DNA of 32,000 nucleotides, from NCBI GenBank assembly GCA_018268035.1, contig JAFDXI010000043.1:17169-49168 (forward strand), given 5' to 3'. Within the stretch, counting starts at the first letter, position 1. Every line of letters starts with the position of its first letter. Under the pieces are notes generated by a model. It had not been told where the DNA came from. It was given only the letters and a program-made list of their open reading frames with translations, and made no database searches. This document shows positions 9,877-19,364 of the stretch, piece by piece. The stretch comes from Bacteroidota bacterium (lineage in GTDB: Bacteria > Bacteroidota > Bacteroidia > Chitinophagales > Chitinophagaceae). The translations under genes were made by a program, and so were the position numbers.

Positions 9877-10656
9877 ATGCACAACCAGCAGGATTTTATT
9901 TTAGACGTTGATGATCTCAATATTTATTACGGCAATTTCCAGGCAGTTAACAATGTTTCTTTTCATGTTTTACCCGGAGAAATTTTTGGATTATTAGGCC
10001 CGAATGGCGCCGGTAAAACAAGTACATTAAGTGCTATTGAAGGATTAATAAAACCACAATCAGGAAATATTTCAGTTGCAGGATATAACGTGAAAGAAAA
10101 GCCTTTGCATGCAAAAGCCTCCATGGGTGTGCAGTTACAATCCACCAACTTTCAACCTGAATTAAAAGTTAAAGAAATTATTGAGCTCTATGCAGGTATT
10201 TATGGTGTTGAATTAACAGTTGAAAAATTAAATGCAATTTTGTCTGAGAATAATTTACTCGAATCAAAAGATAAAAAGTTCAGCCAGCTTTCAGGTGGCC
10301 AGCAACAACGAGTTTCATTAAGTTTATGTGTATTGCACGATCCTAAATTATTGTTGCTGGATGAACCCACAACAGGCCTCGACCCGCAATCTCGCCGGCA
10401 GTTATGGGACAGGATGGAAGCTATTCGTGCAAAAGGCCGGGGCATTCTATTGACAACTCATTCTATGGAAGAAGCAGAAGCAGTTTGCGACCGCATTGCC
10501 ATCATTGACCATGGAAAAATTATTGCCATTGATGCACCGCAGGTCTTGATGGAATTACACCATAATGATCCTGAAGTAATAGCTGCTTCAAGAAAGGGAA
10601 AAATAACATTGGAAGATGTATTCATTGGTTTAACAGGACGCGAAGTCCGCAATTAA
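9877..10656 (+). CDS. ABC transporter ATP-binding protein (ORF opens at 9829; MHNQQDF start preferred)
   Basis: Walker A GPNGAGKTS, signature LSGGQQQRVSLSL, Walker B LLLLDEPTTGLDPQ, H-loop TTHSMEEAE. Confidence 0.92.
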   Translation: MHNQQDFILDVDDLNIYYGNFQAVNNVSFHVLPGEIFGLLGPNGAGKTSTLSAIEGLIKPQSGNISVAGYNVKEKPLHAKASMGVQLQSTNFQPELKVKEIIELYAGIYGVELTVEKLNAILSENNLLESKDKKFSQLSGGQQQRVSLSLCVLHDPKLLLLDEPTTGLDPQSRRQLWDRMEAIRAKGRGILLTTHSMEEAEAVCDRIAIIDHGKIIAIDAPQVLMELHHNDPEVIAASRKGKITLEDVFIGLTGREVRN

Positions 10657-10663
10657 GAATAGT

Positions 10664-11413
10664 ATGGAAGTAACAGTGCCAACCACCTCTGCTGTATTAA
10701 AATCATTATTGCTTGCAGACCTCCGCACACAGTGGCGCAACCGAAGAGCAGTATTGCTCACCGTATTAGTACCGGTAATTATACTTTTTTCATGGAAGGG
10801 AATAATTGACCAGGTTGGCGGCGCATTTGCGCTGGGCACTTGTATCACCGTTGGTCTTATGGCTACAGGTTTAATGGGCTATACCAATTCAGTTGCGAGA
10901 GACAGAGACAAAGGAGTCTTTCAAAGATTGAGGGTAGCGCCTTTGCCTGCCTGGACTATCATGGTGAGCCGTTTGTTTGTACAATTGCTGATGATACTTG
11001 TTATCACTGCAACAGTTTTATTGGTGGGTTATTTTGCTGATCATATTGTGATACCTTCTGCCGGTTATGTATTAGCTTTTTTAGCTGCTATAGTCGGGGC
11101 TGCAGCATACCTCGCAATGGGGCAGGTAATTGTCGGCCTTATTAAAAACCCTGAAGTGGTACAGTCCACAACCCGGTTGGTATATTTTATTTTTATCATG
11201 GTGGGTATGTTAGGACAGTTAGGTGCATTAGGCGATTACGTCAAAGAATATGTTATATGGTCGCCTTATGGCACAGTACAAACCATCATTGCAGATGCTG
11301 TTGATCCTTCCAAATGGACATCCACTTCCACTGAAGCTTTGCTTATAACCGTTGGATACGCAGTTGTGTTTTTTATTGCCGGCATTAAAAAATTCCAGTG
11401 GAGCAATAAATAA
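10664..11413 (+). CDS. ABC-2 type transporter permease
   Basis: 249 aa, about 6 hydrophobic segments, directly downstream of the ATPase gene; ABC-2-like RDRDKGVFQRLRVAPLPAW motif. Confidence 0.88.
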   Translation: MEVTVPTTSAVLKSLLLADLRTQWRNRRAVLLTVLVPVIILFSWKGIIDQVGGAFALGTCITVGLMATGLMGYTNSVARDRDKGVFQRLRVAPLPAWTIMVSRLFVQLLMILVITATVLLVGYFADHIVIPSAGYVLAFLAAIVGAAAYLAMGQVIVGLIKNPEVVQSTTRLVYFIFIMVGMLGQLGALGDYVKEYVIWSPYGTVQTIIADAVDPSKWTSTSTEALLITVGYAVVFFIAGIKKFQWSNK

Positions 11414-11555
11414 AATTTGCTAACGTACCGGCATTTACGAATTAAGCAGTGTTTTTTTGGTGACCAGCTTATTGCAGATGGCAGCTTCGTTGCGTCGCAT
11501 CACTGCAACTGCTGTAACTTTTATCAGCTCCGGTCTGCAGGTGTAAGTCGCTATA

Positions 11556-12050
11556 TTATTTTTCAGCCCTGAATTTTGCAAGAGGAGCCATCCGTGCTTT
11601 GTTTAAAGTTAAGATGCTGTCACCACCAAGCGAAAAATTATCAACATCGCTTAAAACTTTTTTTAGCCCATCTTCCACAGTCATATCAGGACAGGCCATC
11701 ATGGTTGACATCCCTTGTTTGAAACGGATACGCAGTGTTTGTTCATCCCATTCAAACTTACCACCAAGGCCATTGCAACCACCACTTGCAGTATAACTGC
11801 TGTCTTCTTTTTTAAACATAATAAATGGTTCTTTGCCATTTACAGAATCTGCAACAGGTTTGCCCATCAATTCAACAAGTTTCCATTTCTTGCCTGTGAT
11901 ACCACTGTCAATAGTTGCAGCCATCATTGTTGCTGGTGAAGTTTCAGCAATTGAAGAAGTTGAATCTGATGTTGATGTTGAATCTTTCGGGTTGCTACAT
12001 GCACTGATGAACAGGACTGCACAGAAAATAGAAAGGTGTATTGGTTTCAT
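11556..12050 (-). CDS. META domain-containing lipoprotein (HslJ-like)
   Basis: 164 aa; lipobox LFISACS; GKKWKLVELMGKPV, ASGGCNGLGGKFEW, STMMACPDMTVEDGLKKVLSDVDNFSLGGDSILTL. Confidence 0.88.
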   Translation of the reverse strand: MKPIHLSIFCAVLFISACSNPKDSTSTSDSTSSIAETSPATMMAATIDSGITGKKWKLVELMGKPVADSVNGKEPFIMFKKEDSSYTASGGCNGLGGKFEWDEQTLRIRFKQGMSTMMACPDMTVEDGLKKVLSDVDNFSLGGDSILTLNKARMAPLAKFRAEK

Positions 12051-12407
12051 GTCTGAATATTTATGAGTAAAAATAGGTAAACAGTTTTTAATAATTTTTT
12101 ATCCTGATATAAAATCGGGGAGAGTTGATATGAAGTAAATCGAATAATGAAACTTACAAAACATCAATAGAGTTTATTTTTTATGAAACATATCTTGAAA
12201 AATATTGTATTATTAATAGTGTTCCGAAGGATTGATTTTGAAATGCAATTCAAAATTTCAAATAACAGTTTGCATTCTTGTGAGATTTGTTGATTACGAA
12301 TATTGAAAAAATCACTAATAACCATTCATGTAAATTTTTTTTAGTTTCTTGGAACGCAATCCTGAAAACTTGCTAATTTGACCCAGTCTTTTTTGTATTA
12401 ACTGAAT

Positions 12408-14111
12408 ATGTCCATAAGGATGCTCATAAAATCAAATTTTATAAATGACTCTTTAAGCAGGTTTTTTACCTGGATGATATTCTTTATTTTTTATCCTTTA
12501 TGTATTTATGCACAACATGAGAATAGTTCTTCATTCAAAGGTGAATCTGAAATAAGAAAAATTTATGAGTTAAATGATAAAGCGGCAACACTTAACCGTG
12601 ATTCCACGAATGAAGCATTGACATTTGCACATGAAGCTTATTTGTTATCTATTAAAAACAATAATCAATTCTGGCAGGGAGTTTCATTGCTCAGGTTATC
12701 AGAAGGATATTTGTATAACGACAGTTACGACCAGGCATTACAGTATGCTTATAATGCACTGGATATTTTTGCAGGTTTAAAAAATGATTCTGCTATTGCA
12801 GAAGCCAACACAATGCTGGGTTGGATATTTTATGATTCAGAAAACCCTAATTTATCTCTTGACTATCATAAAAAAGCTTCAGTGATTTTTAGACGACTGA
12901 TGCTTGAAGATAAAGAATCGGTTTCCTTCAATGCGCTTGGGTTGGTTTTTCAGCAGATGAATAATAATGATTCAGCATATTATTATTTTGAAAAGTCGCT
13001 TGGACTGGCACAGAAAAATAATATGAGCCAGATGGTTTCTGCCGTCTTTAATAATATGGGCATCTGTGAGAATAACCGTGGTAATTTTGAACAGGCAATT
13101 TCACTTTTCAAACAAGCATTGCCACAGGCTTCAGCAACAGGAGATGAACTGAGAATAGCTGAAGTGCTGAACCAGGAAGCATTTTCTTACCTGCAAATGA
13201 AAGACTATAAAAAGGCAGATTCATTGCTCCGGCAGTCAAGGGAATTAATTAATAAGTCAACATCCAATACCCGCAAAGAAAAGCTGATGGACAACCTGCA
13301 TACTTCTGCTTTGTTATATGAAGCAACAGGTGATTATAAAAAAGCTTACCAGGACTTGCGGGAATATAACAGTGTGGGTGAAGAAATAATATCTCGAAAC
13401 AAAAGTGAAGTAATAGCCGCACAACATTTAAAACGGGAAACACAGGAAAGGGAAAATAAAATCAATGAGCTCAATGCCCAAAAAGAATTAAGGAATTTTC
13501 AGTTGTATGCTTTGATAGCTGTAGTGATTTTATTAATCATTATTGCTGCGCTTGCTTATAGCAGGATGCGCCATAAAAGGGAAAAGGAAAAACAGCAGGA
13601 GATGATGAACCAACTCATGCTAAAGAAAGAACTGGAAAGCTCAATTATTGAGAAAGAAAATTTAAACACAAAATTAGATTATAAAAACACCAGCCTTAAA
13701 GACTTTGCATTATTTGTAGCGCATAATAATGAATTGGTGAATGAATTAATAAAGGAGTTTGAAGTGCTTTTCTCAAAAATTGAATCGAAAAATTATTTGC
13801 TTCCAGAGAATAAAAAAATAATCCGGGATTTCTTACATAAATATGAACAGAACCTGGAAAGAAGTGGTTTTAATCTGAAGGCTGATGAAATACAATCTGA
13901 TTTTTTGTATAACCTGCTGCAGAAGTACCCTGACCTTTCAGAAAATGAACAAAAACTTTGTTCGCAGATTCGCCACAATCTTTCATCAAAAGAAATAGCT
14001 TCAGAAAATAATATTTCTGTAAAATCTGTAGAGATGGCACGTTACCGTTTGCGAAAACGTTTTGGCCTCAATCAAAAAGAAGACCTGAACGAATTTCTGC
14101 GGGCTTTCTGA
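12408..14111 (+). CDS. TPR-repeat transmembrane protein with C-terminal LuxR/GerE-like helix-turn-helix
   Basis: 567 aa; signal/TM N-term, tandem TPR-like helices, TM segment YALIAVVILLIIIAALAY, coiled coil, then DLSENEQKLCSQIRHNLSSKEIASENNISVKSVEMARYRLRKRFGL. Confidence 0.85.
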   Translation: MSIRMLIKSNFINDSLSRFFTWMIFFIFYPLCIYAQHENSSSFKGESEIRKIYELNDKAATLNRDSTNEALTFAHEAYLLSIKNNNQFWQGVSLLRLSEGYLYNDSYDQALQYAYNALDIFAGLKNDSAIAEANTMLGWIFYDSENPNLSLDYHKKASVIFRRLMLEDKESVSFNALGLVFQQMNNNDSAYYYFEKSLGLAQKNNMSQMVSAVFNNMGICENNRGNFEQAISLFKQALPQASATGDELRIAEVLNQEAFSYLQMKDYKKADSLLRQSRELINKSTSNTRKEKLMDNLHTSALLYEATGDYKKAYQDLREYNSVGEEIISRNKSEVIAAQHLKRETQERENKINELNAQKELRNFQLYALIAVVILLIIIAALAYSRMRHKREKEKQQEMMNQLMLKKELESSIIEKENLNTKLDYKNTSLKDFALFVAHNNELVNELIKEFEVLFSKIESKNYLLPENKKIIRDFLHKYEQNLERSGFNLKADEIQSDFLYNLLQKYPDLSENEQKLCSQIRHNLSSKEIASENNISVKSVEMARYRLRKRFGLNQKEDLNEFLRAF

Positions 14112-14285
14112 TTGCATATTTTTCTTTTATAAAAATCATCCGGCTGTGATAGCATGTATGAATAAAAAAATATATTCATATTGATAAAAGCCTGTGCAGG
14201 TTTCTAATCTTTTTTAATTAGATGTTTGCAATTTCTCTAATCAATACATATTGTGATTTTTCTTCTCCTCCCTCTGAAAACAAAA

Positions 14286-14331
14286 GTTGTGTAGAGGTTG
14301 TGTAGAGGTGTTTTTATAGGTTTTGTAGGTG
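14286..14331 (+). promoter_or_regulatory. tandem direct repeats GTTGTGTAGAG x2 plus a degenerate third copy upstream of susC
   Basis: GTTGTGTAGAG at 14286-14296 and 14297-14307, related GTTTTGTAGGT at 14320-14330. Confidence 0.5.
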
Positions 14332-14384
14332 CTTCAAAAAAATATTTCCCTGATTATCTCTCTATGTTTATCCTCTCAAAAATT

Positions 14385-14415
14385 TCAAAGCCTTGAATGA
14401 ATGAAATGGCTTTGA
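14385..14415 (+). promoter_or_regulatory. hairpin in presumed susC leader
   Basis: TCAAAGCC (14385-14392) / GGCTTTGA (14408-14415), perfect 8-bp stem, 27 nt before the susC ATG. Confidence 0.4.
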
Positions 14416-14442
14416 GCAATCATTTTCCAAATTCAAATTTTT

Positions 14443-17400
14443 ATGATTATGAGACGATTGTTTTCAAAATGCAAAACGTATTTACAGGTAATTCCACTTA
14501 CATTCCTGTTTGTTTTTTTCACAACTGGTTCAATCCTTGCACAGCAATCCAATGTGACAGGTACTGTGTATGATGAAACAGGTAATCCGGTTAGCGGTGC
14601 AACAGTCCATATTAAAAATTCAAGTGTTGCAACAATTTCAGATGCAGCAGGACATTTTTCAATCAATGCATCTCCGGATGCTATTTTGGTAATCACATTT
14701 GTAGGTTTCGCTGATAAAGAAGAACCTCTTAATGGTAAGAACTCTGTTACAGTACATCTTTCGAGGGGGAATAACTATCTGGATGATGTGGTAGTAGTGG
14801 CTTATGGCACTCAAAAAAAGAGTGACATAACCGGCGCTGTTTCATCAGTAAAAGGAGACGATATAGAAAAAATTGCAACCAACAATCCCGTCAATGCATT
14901 ACAGGGAAAAGTTGCCGGACTGAATGTAACAAGTCCCGGTGGTAATCCCGGTCAGATGTCTGATGTGCGTCTGAGGGGTATCGGTACTTTCGGCGGTCAC
15001 CAACCATTGTATATTATTGATGGTACACCTGGTGATCCTTATTATCTGACTAATGATGATATCGCTTCCATTGAAGTATTAAAAGATGGCGCTGCTGCAG
15101 CAATTTATGGTTCAAACAGTGCTAATGGTGTTATTATCATTAATACTAAAAAGGGTAAGAAAGGTGAACCGCAAATAAATTTTAGCGCTTATTACAGTTT
15201 GATAAACCCGACGAATTCTTACGATCTCCTGGATGCTGAAGGTTATAAAAAAGTACATCGCATGATGTATGAAAATGCAGGAGCTACACCTCTGCCGGAT
15301 TATATTACAACCAGTACAGGTGTCAATACTGATTGGCAGGACCTGGTTAACCAACAAGGTAATGGGCAAAATTATAGTCTGGGTATTAGTGGTGGTGGAG
15401 AATATGTAACTTATAATCTCAGCGCTGACCTGAATGATGAAAAAGGTACACTCATCGGATCAGATTTTGGTAAGAAATCTATCCGTTCAGTTAATGCTTT
15501 GAATAAAGGCATATTAAGTGTTGAAAATATTTTTTTGTATTCAGACATCAAATCCACACCATTCCAATTTGATTTAAGAGATGCTTATTTTCAATCTCCG
15601 TTATTACCGGTTTTTGATCCATCTGAGCCTTATGGTTATGCGCTTACTGTAAATGGTTTGCCTAAATTTCAAAACCCCGTAGGGTATCAACATTTTGTTG
15701 AGGGATATACAAAAACACAATACTTCTCTGATAATTTAAAAATCAAATTGCAATTATTTAAAGGCCTTACATATACAGCCAACCTGAGTTATATATCTGC
15801 CAACAGTTTTGATTATGCGCACCATCCTCCTTTCCGTGCTAATGCAAATGATCCTGCTGTTTCATATCCTTATGTTTATAACAGCCGGTCCAATTATAAA
15901 GAACAGTTGATGGAACACCTGCTTAATTACAAAATAAAAATCAACAAACACAATATTGATTTGCTCGCAGGTTATTCAGCTCTTCAGAAAACAAATGAAT
16001 ATTTAAGTGTTACAGCTGATGGAAAAACCGTTGTTCGTTCTGTTGTTAACGGAAGTATTGTTGAAACAGAAGTGGCAGGTGGTTTTCCCGATCCTGATTT
16101 TAATACTATCAACGCCGGGCTTGGTGGAACTTTTTCTGCTGCCGGTACAAACAACAAGTATGTCAGGTTATCAACCTTCGGCAGGATCAATTATGATTAT
16201 GATGGCAAATACCTTTTACAAGTAACAGTGAGAAGAGATGGGTCATCCGTATTTGGTGCGAACAGCCGTTTTGGTGTATTCCCTTCAGTTGCTTTGGGAT
16301 GGAATATCAATAAAGAAAAATTTATGAAGAATGTGGATTGGATCAATGTCTTAAAGATAAGAGCAAGCTATGGTGAATTGGGGAATGAAGGTGCTTTAGG
16401 TTATTATGATCACCAGGCATTGATAGTAACGGCCAATGACTGGTCGGGAGGTTATGTGCAGGGATCCGGAGCTTCAACATGGCCTGGTTCTGCAAGCTAT
16501 ACACTCCAAAACAGGGACCTGAAATGGGAGACGAGCAAATCAACCAACATCGGTATTGATTTCGGTGTTTTGAACAACAGGCTTACAGGCTCTGTCAACT
16601 ATTTTGATAATATAACTGATGGACTGCTGATAACAAAAGAAGTGCCTCCATCTGCAGGAGTTGATGACCCGATTTTGAATGTTGGTAAAATCTCCAACAA
16701 GGGTCTTGAATTGGAATTCACTTATAATATTTCAAACAAAGATTGGAACTTGAGTTTTACAGGTTCTGCAACTTATCTGAAAAATAGAGTAGTGCAACTT
16801 GCAGATGCAGGACAAACTTTATATGGCACCGGTTTAAAATTCGGTACTGACCATATACCTACACAAACTATGGTGGGCAAAGAAATTGGCGCTTACTATT
16901 TATATGAAGCAATGGGAATATTTCAAAGTGATGCAGAAGCTGAAGCTTATACTAATAAAGACGGTGATATGTTGCAGCCTGATGCAAAAGCAGGAGACAT
17001 CAAATTCAGAGATGCTAATGGTGATGGTGTTATTGATGAGTCTGATAAAACATACCAGGGCACAGGATTTCCAAAGATTGAATATGGATTGAATATAGCA
17101 GCCAATTATAAAAGTTTTGACCTCACCATTTTCATCCAGGGTGTTGGTGGAAATAAAATTTATAATGGCAACCGTTTTGAAATGGAAGGAATGGATGCTG
17201 GCCGTAATTTTCTTTCAACAACTTTAAATGCATGGACTTCGCAAAATACAAATACTTCTATGCCACGTGCAGTTTTAGGTGACCCGAATGGCAACAACCG
17301 CGAGTCAACACGTTTCCTTGAAAGTGGCGCTTACCTCCGCATGAAGATGGTGCAGGTTGGATACACTTTCCCTTATGATGTGTTGAAAAAAATCTATGTG

Positions 17401-17565
17401 AAAAAATTAAGGATTTATGTTGGCGCACAAAACATGTTTACCATAACAAAATATTCAGGTCTTGATCCTGAAGTTGGAAATTTTAATGTGTTGAATACCG
17501 GTGTTGACAGGATGATGTATCCGCAGAATAAAAAATGGATTGCCGGTTTGCAGATCAGCCTTTAA
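14443..17565 (+). CDS. SusC/RagA family TonB-linked outer membrane protein
   Basis: 1040 aa; signal peptide; CarboxypepD_reg-like N-term (VTGTVYDETGNPVSGATVHIKNSS); plug domain VVVAYGTQKKSDITGAVSSV, PLYIIDGTPGD, IEVLKDGAAAAIYGSNSANGVIIINTKKG. Confidence 0.97.
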   Translation: MIMRRLFSKCKTYLQVIPLTFLFVFFTTGSILAQQSNVTGTVYDETGNPVSGATVHIKNSSVATISDAAGHFSINASPDAILVITFVGFADKEEPLNGKNSVTVHLSRGNNYLDDVVVVAYGTQKKSDITGAVSSVKGDDIEKIATNNPVNALQGKVAGLNVTSPGGNPGQMSDVRLRGIGTFGGHQPLYIIDGTPGDPYYLTNDDIASIEVLKDGAAAAIYGSNSANGVIIINTKKGKKGEPQINFSAYYSLINPTNSYDLLDAEGYKKVHRMMYENAGATPLPDYITTSTGVNTDWQDLVNQQGNGQNYSLGISGGGEYVTYNLSADLNDEKGTLIGSDFGKKSIRSVNALNKGILSVENIFLYSDIKSTPFQFDLRDAYFQSPLLPVFDPSEPYGYALTVNGLPKFQNPVGYQHFVEGYTKTQYFSDNLKIKLQLFKGLTYTANLSYISANSFDYAHHPPFRANANDPAVSYPYVYNSRSNYKEQLMEHLLNYKIKINKHNIDLLAGYSALQKTNEYLSVTADGKTVVRSVVNGSIVETEVAGGFPDPDFNTINAGLGGTFSAAGTNNKYVRLSTFGRINYDYDGKYLLQVTVRRDGSSVFGANSRFGVFPSVALGWNINKEKFMKNVDWINVLKIRASYGELGNEGALGYYDHQALIVTANDWSGGYVQGSGASTWPGSASYTLQNRDLKWETSKSTNIGIDFGVLNNRLTGSVNYFDNITDGLLITKEVPPSAGVDDPILNVGKISNKGLELEFTYNISNKDWNLSFTGSATYLKNRVVQLADAGQTLYGTGLKFGTDHIPTQTMVGKEIGAYYLYEAMGIFQSDAEAEAYTNKDGDMLQPDAKAGDIKFRDANGDGVIDESDKTYQGTGFPKIEYGLNIAANYKSFDLTIFIQGVGGNKIYNGNRFEMEGMDAGRNFLSTTLNAWTSQNTNTSMPRAVLGDPNGNNRESTRFLESGAYLRMKMVQVGYTFPYDVLKKIYVKKLRIYVGAQNMFTITKYSGLDPEVGNFNVLNTGVDRMMYPQNKKWIAGLQISL

Positions 17566-17640
17566 TGAATCATAATAAAAAACAATAATGATGAAACAAA
17601 AAAGTTTCATCTGTTTCAAATAAATTTTAAAATCAGAAAA

Positions 17641-19170
17641 ATGAAAAATTTCAAATTCATAATATGTATCACTATGCTGGCCATCACATCAGTGGCATGC
17701 AAAAAAAGTGTACTGGATCAGAATGCACCTGACCAGTTGACTACTGATAATTTTTATACATCAAAAGAAAAAGCTTTATCAGGTTTGTCTGCTGCTTATT
17801 CACAGTTAGAAGATTTTGTAGGTTGGGACAATTATGTTGAAGCCCGCTCTGTGCGTGAGTTTTACAGGGAAGATTATGTAGTGCCCGGCCCTGATGCTGC
17901 CAATTATCCATGGTGGACCGAGCATTATAATTTTTCTTTTACTTCAGGCAATTATGCAATTGATTTATTGTGGAGAGATAATTATCGTGGTATCAATTAT
18001 GCCAACCAGGTGATTGAAGGAGTTGAAAATATGCCTGACGGTTCTATTGATGATGTTTCTAAAAAACAAATTATTGCTGAAGCAAAATTTCTGAGGGCTT
18101 ATTATCATTTTAAATTGCTGACCAACTTTGAAAAAATAATACTTCGCGATAAAGTGCCTACTGGTGGTGATGATCTTCCTGCTCCGTTGTCAGAAAGAGC
18201 AGATGCATATAATATGATCCTAAATGATATGAAAGAAGCAGTAGCAGATTTACCATTGAGGAGCCAGCGGCCTGCAACAGAATTGGGCAGAATAACCAAA
18301 GGCGCTGCGGAAGCTTATATCGGCAAGATTGATTTGTATCGTGCTGATGAAGACCAGGCTAATGCTGCAACTTATCTTGCAGAAGCAGCTACCAACCTCA
18401 GTGATGTAATTGCTTCAGGAGAATATAGTATTGATCCTGACTTTATGGATATGTTCAACGGCACAACAAAAAATGGTGTAGAATCAATTTTTGAATTACA
18501 ACAAACTTCAGATGCATCCAATGGCGCTTATTACCGTTCTTATTTGAGTGATTGGGTTACTGCATGGCAATTGGGTGGATATGGAGAGATCTATGGAACA
18601 CAACGCCTGCTTGATGAAATGACAAAAGAAGGAAAAGTAGCAGCAGGTGGTTTGTATGATCCAAGAATATATGGCACTATATATTTTGAAGACAGTTATT
18701 TTAATGATCCGCAAAACCCGCGGGTGTATGATCAGACTTATAATGATTATTTTGGTAATGGAAGCGGCGTTATTGCATTTAGAAAATGGACTCCAGCTAC
18801 TATTGATCGTATAGGCCGTTCCAATGCCATCAATGTTCCTTTGATGCGACTTGCTGATGTAATGTTATTGTATGCAGAAGTTTTGAATGACCAGGGAAAG
18901 GCGAATGAAGCGCTTACATATATTAACCAGTTGAGAAGTAAGAGGGGCAATATGCCTGCATTGAATATAAGTTCAAATGATGATGTATTTAATGCCATCA
19001 TGCATGAAAGGGTGATGGAATTCACTTTGGAAAGCAGCCGCTTTTATGATTTGAGAAGGTGGGGGCTACTTGAACAAAACATGCAGGAAGCAGGAAGAAG
19101 TTATACACCTGATAAAGCATTTTATCCTTTGCCTTTAAAGGAAATTATTAATAATCCTGAAGCGAATTAA
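17641..19170 (+). CDS. SusD/RagB family nutrient-binding outer membrane lipoprotein
   Basis: 509 aa; lipobox ITSVACKKS; N-term LDQNAPDQLTTDNFYTSKEKALSGLSAAYSQLE; C-term NAINVPLMRLADVMLLYAEVLND, YPLPLKEIINNPEAN. Confidence 0.96.
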   Translation: MKNFKFIICITMLAITSVACKKSVLDQNAPDQLTTDNFYTSKEKALSGLSAAYSQLEDFVGWDNYVEARSVREFYREDYVVPGPDAANYPWWTEHYNFSFTSGNYAIDLLWRDNYRGINYANQVIEGVENMPDGSIDDVSKKQIIAEAKFLRAYYHFKLLTNFEKIILRDKVPTGGDDLPAPLSERADAYNMILNDMKEAVADLPLRSQRPATELGRITKGAAEAYIGKIDLYRADEDQANAATYLAEAATNLSDVIASGEYSIDPDFMDMFNGTTKNGVESIFELQQTSDASNGAYYRSYLSDWVTAWQLGGYGEIYGTQRLLDEMTKEGKVAAGGLYDPRIYGTIYFEDSYFNDPQNPRVYDQTYNDYFGNGSGVIAFRKWTPATIDRIGRSNAINVPLMRLADVMLLYAEVLNDQGKANEALTYINQLRSKRGNMPALNISSNDDVFNAIMHERVMEFTLESSRFYDLRRWGLLEQNMQEAGRSYTPDKAFYPLPLKEIINNPEAN

Positions 19171-19191
19171 TAAAGAATAAAATCTGTCTTG

Positions 19192-19221
19192 AATATAGGC
19201 AGGGTGCATCCTGCCTATATT
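19192..19221 (+). terminator. intercistronic hairpin between susD and the GH2 gene (no clear U-tract)
   Basis: AATATAGGCAGG-GTGCAT-CCTGCCTATATT: perfect 12-bp stem, 6-nt loop. Confidence 0.5.
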
Positions 19222-19364
19222 ACTTCTCCTGATTGATTTTATAAAATCAATAAGCTATTTGTAAATTATTATTAGCACTGAATACTGTATATTCAGGTGA
19301 GATTTATACTTCGAAGTATTAAATTCAAAAAGGATTTTATTACTTTTTTATTTGTCTATCCATA

